Assembly (NCBI GenBank): GCA_020846875.1
Contig: JADLDB010000121.1
Coordinates: 1-17,802 of the forward strand
Direction of reading: 5' to 3'
Length of the DNA stretch: 17,802 bases
Source: Myxococcales bacterium
Lineage (GTDB): Bacteria > Myxococcota > Myxococcia > Myxococcales > Myxococcaceae
Shown: positions 13,901 through 17,802 of the stretch, one piece after another
Layout of the letters: each line of letters begins with the position of its first letter
How positions within the stretch are numbered: the stretch's first letter is position 1
Program-made: the position numbers and the translations under genes
Notes under the pieces: model-generated
What the model saw: the letters and a program-made list of their open reading frames with translations, nothing else
The model's database searches: none
What the model was told of the DNA's origin: nothing

Positions 13901-14747
13901 GGCGGTGGAGGCCTACCGCCAGTGCCTGACGCTCTTCGCCCAGCACGCGATGGGCAGCGGGCCGGTGGCCGACGCTACCGCGCAGCACCTCCTCGACATC
14001 GTCGCGCTGGCCGCGTCCGCGCAGCTGATGATTGGCCCGGCCGAGGTGGTGGGCATGGTGGACTCGGCGCTGGCCCGCGTGCCCGACTCCAAGGCGCCCC
14101 AGGGCCGGGCCGAGGTGCTGCGCCAACGAGCGCTGGCGCTGCAGCGCCTCACCCGCCTCCCCGAGGCCGAAGCCGACCTGCAGAAGGCGGTGTCGCTGGT
14201 GCCGGCCGCGTCCGCGCCCCAGCTGGCCGCCTCGCTGCGCGCCGACCTCGCCAGCGTGCTGGAGGCCAGGGGCGACTTGAACACCGCCGCCAAGCTGCTG
14301 GTGGAAGGCCTGTCCTGGCTGTCCAACCGGAAGCTCGAGGACAAGCACCTGCTCTGGCAGTACTTGAACCAACTGGGGCGCATCCACGTGCGCCTGGGCA
14401 AGCTGGTGGAGGCCGGCGAGTTCTTCGACTCCGCGCGCAACCAGGCGAAGGTGGTGCACTCGGTGCTGGGCGAGTCGCGCGTGGTGTCCAACCTCGCGGT
14501 GCTGGCCGCCAGCAGGAAGGACGTGGGCCAGGCGATGACGATGTTCGACGAGGCGCGCCAGTTGGCGGAGGAGGCGGGCGATCGCCTGGGCGTCTTGCGG
14601 GCCCGCTACAACCGCGCGCGCATGCAGCTCACCGTCCGGCCCGAGGAGGCGAAGGTCGAGCTCAAGGCGGTGGCCGACGAGGCGCGCGCCCTCGGGTGGC
14701 GCGAGGGCGAGGCGCTGGCCGTGCAGGCGATGACGCCCGCGCGCTGA
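10929..14747 (+). CDS. Multidomain Hanks-type Ser/Thr protein kinase (1272 aa). Domains in order: N-terminal zinc ribbon, kinase domain, Pro/Ser-rich linker, degenerate class III nucleotidyl-cyclase homology domain, AAA+/STAND-type ATPase and C-terminal TPR-like repeats.
   Basis: Zinc ribbon: CPSCGTTAPADARFCQRCG. Kinase motifs: GAGGMGKVYRA, HRDLKPSNVLM, DFGIAK, GTPGYMAPE. Cyclase-like region ~12078..12540 (ERRQLTVAYGEV...GNALALAFGLGD...LRVGLHSGAAEDAV) with the metal-binding Asp positions substituted. P-loop GGPGAGKS and Walker-B-like LLILVDDAHLAD. An Ala/Leu-rich helical repeat C-terminus. Confidence 0.9.
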   Translation: MSACPSCGTTAPADARFCQRCGAALPSVEGATDPYIGRVVQNYRIMSVIGAGGMGKVYRAEQVKLKRPVCLKTLLPHLANDPTLVQRFELEGVATAAIRHPNIVQVMDFGQLDDRTLYIAMEYVEGKTLREVLRQESPVTLSRALTIVQQMLSGLAEAHANNIVHRDLKPSNVLMSRLRDGTDLVKLVDFGIAKILGQESEGKQLTRTGMMVGTPGYMAPEQMLGEAVAPTTDLYSVGVIFWELLTGQKLFGRVEEAELARRHLTMPAPSPSSVSRVPLPPEVDEIILRALEKRPERRYQTAMEFARALDALEAGTRLRSSVSGLTPMPSPALSPPQGHPVHAPATGHGTHQSTGFGTLGSLTHLRGAVPEKLLTYTASLATMVGERRQLTVAYGEVATPKGPDVDAAAMRAATSTMLQELQDLGLKLGGVTMRLPGNALALAFGLGDEEDSGVGAAMRFALEGTQRVGEASARLPRPMTLRVGLHSGAAEDAVLAERAFESQGVEELLAVARRLASLAQPGRPLATRTVQKRTAERITWAERPSLAGDDLGPLYEASELRERKVTLEPMVGRAVELDYVNKLLDQLVESRPGGFLFVGGPGAGKSRLLEAAAQRALERRVTVARARGGRFGGASAFDVVRQLVHSLSAPSVADESADSTRTTLAGLQKLHVPQADIERLETLLGSQAQRASSGATAEENQNLDRAVLLELFRTVSKRHRLLILVDDAHLADAPSLELLTDVISRAGGLGVGIVAAARAGSSDVLGQLKRFELGALTRSEVQQLVAGRLPGGPPSAQLVDLVFERSDGNPLFAREIALTLVESGAARQVGTEWQLQGKLDELPDSLAALMSSRLDRLSAQARLLLRFGAIAGRTFPVPLVTAAVDAPLDVHAAISECVHRGILSPAPNQRDAYHFNQALMQDAMVARITPVDRKAVHLRLAEAIERGTTAGAENALEAMARHFQGADQPRKAVKYLKLAADDMRERRAWAAAVEAYRQCLTLFAQHAMGSGPVADATAQHLLDIVALAASAQLMIGPAEVVGMVDSALARVPDSKAPQGRAEVLRQRALALQRLTRLPEAEADLQKAVSLVPAASAPQLAASLRADLASVLEARGDLNTAAKLLVEGLSWLSNRKLEDKHLLWQYLNQLGRIHVRLGKLVEAGEFFDSARNQAKVVHSVLGESRVVSNLAVLAASRKDVGQAMTMFDEARQLAEEAGDRLGVLRARYNRARMQLTVRPEEAKVELKAVADEARALGWREGEALAVQAMTPAR

Positions 14748-14749
14748 CG

Positions 14750-16054
14750 TCAGGCGAGGAGGAAGTGCGGCGGGTTGACGTTGGCCTCTTCCGCGCTCAC
14801 CGAGCCCTCGATGGCGTTGCCGGGCTCCCTGGAGAGGTCCAGCACGTAGTCCACCGGCGCGTCGTTCTCCCGCACCACCTTCACCACCGGGCGGGTGAAG
14901 GCCGCCGCGTCCGCCGGCACCTCCAAAACCACCGCCAGCTGTCCGCCCGTCAGCCGCACCGTGGTGCCCACCGGGTAGAGGCCCACGGTGGCGGTGAAGA
15001 GGTCCACCACGAAGGGGTCGAAGCGCGTCCCCGCCTGCTCGCGCAGCACGCGCAGGGCCTGGTCGGGCGCCATCGGCTTGTGGGGCGGCGAGGGACAGGT
15101 GAGGAGGTCGAAGGCGCACGGCACGGCCAGCAACCTCGCCGCCGCGCCGGGCGTCCACACGCCCCGCTGGTTGGCGGACAGGCCCAGCTCGAAGGCCAGC
15201 GCCGCCTGGAAGAGGGCCTCGTCGGAGATGGGCGGCGCGGACAACCGCATCAGCGTGCGCCGGGCCACCGAGGTGGCGTCGTGCGCGCCGGGCTCCGCGC
15301 GGCCGATGTCGTGCACCAGCGCCGCCACCGCGAGGTCCAGCGTCACCGCGCGGGTCAGCCTCAGCTTCCGCGCCATCAGCAGCGTCAGCGCCGCCACCGT
15401 GGAGAGGTGGAAGTGCAGCGCGCCCTGGAAGTTGGGGAAGCGCGTCAGGCCGGAGAGGAGCGACTCGTAGCCCAGGGACGCGTCGGCCATGCCCTGCACC
15501 GCCTTGCGCAGGTTGGGGCCGCGGAAGCGGGCGCCCTTGTGCGCGCGGTCCAGCGACTGGTGCGCCACCACCGTCACCCGGGCGAAGGCGCGCAGCACGT
15601 TCTGCCGGGCGTCGATGGTGAACCCCGCGGCGCCGTCCAGCACGCCCTCCAGCGCTCGCAGCCGCACCCGCCCGTTGCTGCTCTTCACCGTGCCCTGCGG
15701 CGTCTGGGTGCGCCACGCGGCCTGGAAGGCGGAAAGGAAGTCGCGCAGCTCCTCTTCGTGCAGGTCCTGCGGCCAGGTCAGCTCGTGCAGGCCCAGCTTG
15801 CCGAAGGCCTTCCGCAGCGCCTCTGCCGCGTCGTACACGTGCTGGGCCAGCTTCACCGCGGTGTTGTTGACGAAGACGGTTTCGGCGAACACCACCACCG
15901 CCACGTCCGTCTCCTGCTGCTTGAGCAGCTCCATCAAGGCCCCCACCGGCTGGGTGAAGATGGCGTTGTTGATGGGGTGCTGCTGCGCGAGGCGCAGGAT
16001 GCGCGCGGTCGCCACCAGGAGGTCCGCCTGGGTGTTGGTGGTGGGGGTGCTCAT
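14750..16054 (-). CDS. HD-domain protein (HD-GYP-like metal-dependent phosphohydrolase superfamily), 434 aa. The HHE/GYP motifs are not evident.
   Basis: An H...HD metal-binding dyad is present (ALHFHLSTVAA...LVHDIGRAE). Overall length and layout resemble myxobacterial HD-GYP-type proteins, but I cannot find a GYP motif. Clean ORF. Start ATG overlaps the upstream gene in ATGA. Confidence 0.6.
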   Translation of the reverse strand: MSTPTTNTQADLLVATARILRLAQQHPINNAIFTQPVGALMELLKQQETDVAVVVFAETVFVNNTAVKLAQHVYDAAEALRKAFGKLGLHELTWPQDLHEEELRDFLSAFQAAWRTQTPQGTVKSSNGRVRLRALEGVLDGAAGFTIDARQNVLRAFARVTVVAHQSLDRAHKGARFRGPNLRKAVQGMADASLGYESLLSGLTRFPNFQGALHFHLSTVAALTLLMARKLRLTRAVTLDLAVAALVHDIGRAEPGAHDATSVARRTLMRLSAPPISDEALFQAALAFELGLSANQRGVWTPGAAARLLAVPCAFDLLTCPSPPHKPMAPDQALRVLREQAGTRFDPFVVDLFTATVGLYPVGTTVRLTGGQLAVVLEVPADAAAFTRPVVKVVRENDAPVDYVLDLSREPGNAIEGSVSAEEANVNPPHFLLA

Positions 16055-17775
16055 CCCTTGCCCACCCGGGAGAGCGCGGCGCGCGCGGCGGCCTTCACCC
16101 GCGGCGTGGCCAGCAGCTTGTGTGACAGCGACTCGAGGGGCTTGTGGGCAGCCGGGTCACCCAACACCGCCAGCGCGCCGATGCAGGCCACCGTCACGTC
16201 CGGGTCCTGGCGCTTGTCCAGCTCGGCGAGGAGCGCGGTGGTGGCTGCGCGCCCGCCCAGCTTGCCCAGCGCCGAGTACACCCGCACGCGCTCGTCCTCG
16301 GCGACGTCGGTGCGCGCGAGCAGCTTGCCCAGGGCCGGCGCGGCCGAAGGGTCCTCCAGCTCCACCACCAGCTTGAGGAGGCGGCTGCGCACGTCGAGGT
16401 CGTCCTCGGTGAGGTGGGCGGCCAGCACGCCGCGCGGCAGGCGCACCGCCAGGGTGGCATTCAGAGCGCCGGCCGCCAGCCGCCGCACCTCCACGTCCTT
16501 GTGCTCCAGGCCCTGGCGGAGCAACTGCGTGGCCTCGGCGGGGTGCATGCCGTCCAGGCGCTTCACGAACTCCCCGAAGGACGCGGCGTTCAAGTCGGCG
16601 ACGTTGATGTTCTTCGTCGCGCCCGCGGGCGCCACCTCGGCCATCAGTCCGGACGCGGCCGCGCGCGCGTTGGGGTGCGTCAGCTTGGCCACCTGCTCGC
16701 GGAAGCCGGCCCCGAGGGCGGGGGCGAGCAGCTTGAGGGCGTCCAGCGCCTCGGGGGCGTTGCCCTCGGCGGCGTCGAGCGCGCGCAGCAGCGGGTCGAG
16801 GAAGGCGGCTGAGATGAAGAGGGGCCGCAAGGTCTGGAGCAGCTTGGCGCGCGCGGCGCCAGAGTCCTGGTCCACGCGGGCGTCGGCCACCAGCGCCTGG
16901 TAGGCGTCCAGCGCGGCGCGGAAGGAGCCGCGCTCGGCCAGCCCGGTGAAGACGTCGGACAGGCGGCGGGTGTAGGCGAGGGACTCCGCTTCTTCGACGC
17001 TGAGCGCGGCGTTGATGAGGGCCCTGGCGGCGCGGGGAATCGCGTCCTCCCGCGGGGTCAGCGCGACGACGAGGTTCTCCATGTCGCTGCTGGACAGGTG
17101 CAGCTTGGCCACCTTGGCGTCCTGCTGCGCCAACTTCTCCCCGGTGACCCCGCGCACCAGCTCGGAGCGCAGCAGCGACACGTCGTCGGAGGACACGCGC
17201 AAGAGCGCCGGTCCGGCGACCCCGGCGCTGCCGCTCGACTCGCTGGCCATGGCGGAGATGAGCGCGTCCAGCTCCTGGCGGGCGCCCGCCTCCTTCGCCG
17301 CATCGGCGCCCTCGTCGTCGTCGGACAGTGAGAAGGTGTCCAGCACCACCAGGCGGATGCTCTCCAGCTCCAATTCCCAGCAGCGGGTGGAGAGCGCCTC
17401 GGAGGACTGCGGGTTGAGCACCACGTTCATCCACGCGTCGATGAAGGCGTCGCGCTCGTTGGCCGGCGGGTTGGGGGAGAAGGTGATGCGGCGGATGCCC
17501 TCGTTGAAGAGGGGCATGGTGAGGGGATCGCGCTGGCCCACGCGGCTGCCCACCTGCTCGCCGTCGAGCGCCAGGCCCTGGAGCGTGATTTCGAGGGGGA
17601 GTTCCTCGTCCTTCGTCACGTTGACGAAGTGCTCGCGGAAGCGCTCCAGCGCAGCGCTGGCCAGCGGGTGGTTGCGGCCGTAGGAGCGCCCCGAGTCGAT
17701 GGCGCGGCGCAGGAGCTGGAGCAGCAGGACGATGGCCTGCTTGCGGACGTTGCTGACCTTCTCCCCCTGGGCCAT
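16051..17775 (-). CDS. HEAT/PBS-lyase-type repeat protein (574 aa), translationally coupled to the downstream HD-domain gene.
   Basis: C-terminal repeated helical hairpins with HEAT-like spacing (LGKLLARTDVAEDERVRVYSALGKLGGRAATTALLAELDKRQDPDVTVACIGALAVLGDPAAHKPL). A 4-nt ATGA overlap with the HD gene at 16051-16054. Start is ATG at 17773-17775. Confidence 0.7.
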   Translation of the reverse strand: MAQGEKVSNVRKQAIVLLLQLLRRAIDSGRSYGRNHPLASAALERFREHFVNVTKDEELPLEITLQGLALDGEQVGSRVGQRDPLTMPLFNEGIRRITFSPNPPANERDAFIDAWMNVVLNPQSSEALSTRCWELELESIRLVVLDTFSLSDDDEGADAAKEAGARQELDALISAMASESSGSAGVAGPALLRVSSDDVSLLRSELVRGVTGEKLAQQDAKVAKLHLSSSDMENLVVALTPREDAIPRAARALINAALSVEEAESLAYTRRLSDVFTGLAERGSFRAALDAYQALVADARVDQDSGAARAKLLQTLRPLFISAAFLDPLLRALDAAEGNAPEALDALKLLAPALGAGFREQVAKLTHPNARAAASGLMAEVAPAGATKNINVADLNAASFGEFVKRLDGMHPAEATQLLRQGLEHKDVEVRRLAAGALNATLAVRLPRGVLAAHLTEDDLDVRSRLLKLVVELEDPSAAPALGKLLARTDVAEDERVRVYSALGKLGGRAATTALLAELDKRQDPDVTVACIGALAVLGDPAAHKPLESLSHKLLATPRVKAAARAALSRVGKG

Positions 17776-17802
17776 GGCGAGGGCCCACCATAGACGAATT
17801 CC

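Noticed and set aside
14745-14752. TGACGTCA (CRE-like) palindrome
   Set aside because: It is formed trivially by the two convergent stop codons (TGA and the complement TCA) separated by CG, so it is most likely incidental rather than a binding site.
8193-15716. 2507-aa ORF on the minus strand
   Set aside because: It is antisense to the GH1 and kinase genes. The sequence is low-complexity Gly/Arg/Ala/Leu-rich with no domain logic, the open antisense frame typical of GC-rich DNA. Only its 3'-terminal 345 codons (8193-9230) form a real gene, the pLGIC, which has its own Met and signal peptide.
16157-17791. 544-aa minus ORF in an alternative frame over the HEAT-repeat gene, and the plus-strand ORFs 16144..16812 and 17012..17683
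   Set aside because: They overlap a gene with a coherent HEAT-repeat product and translate to Arg/Gly/Pro-rich low complexity.

Overview
The window is a high-GC (~70%) bacterial chromosomal segment, most likely from a myxobacterium (Myxococcales-like codon usage with near-total G/C at third positions, many signalling fusion proteins and lipoproteins). I call 13 protein-coding genes with confidence. The window opens inside a tandem array of a 77-bp repeat (at least 6 copies, the array truncated by the window edge). Three genes follow on the minus strand: a small membrane protein, a Lys/Glu-rich coiled-coil protein and a DUF4395-thioredoxin-like fusion membrane protein. Next come a secreted thioredoxin-fold protein, an overlapping DsbD-alpha-like lipoprotein and a DUF559/AbiEi-like endonuclease-fold protein. 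The most striking gene is a full-length bacterial homolog of the eukaryotic major vault protein (MVP), with repeat, shoulder and cap-helix regions. Its TGA stop is followed in frame by 34 codons with 34 of 34 third positions G/C. It sits convergent to a prokaryotic pentameric ligand-gated ion channel homolog. Downstream are an exported GH1 beta-glucosidase-like lipoprotein and a 1272-aa Hanks-type Ser/Thr kinase carrying an N-terminal zinc ribbon, a catalytically degenerate class III cyclase-homology domain, an AAA+/STAND ATPase and TPR repeats. The window ends with an HD-domain (HD-GYP-like) protein and a translationally coupled HEAT-repeat protein. Other observations are a perfect 16-bp palindrome in a ~690-bp divergent intergenic region, a frameshifted small-ORF remnant in that same region, and the huge antisense ORFs expected of GC-rich DNA, which I reject.
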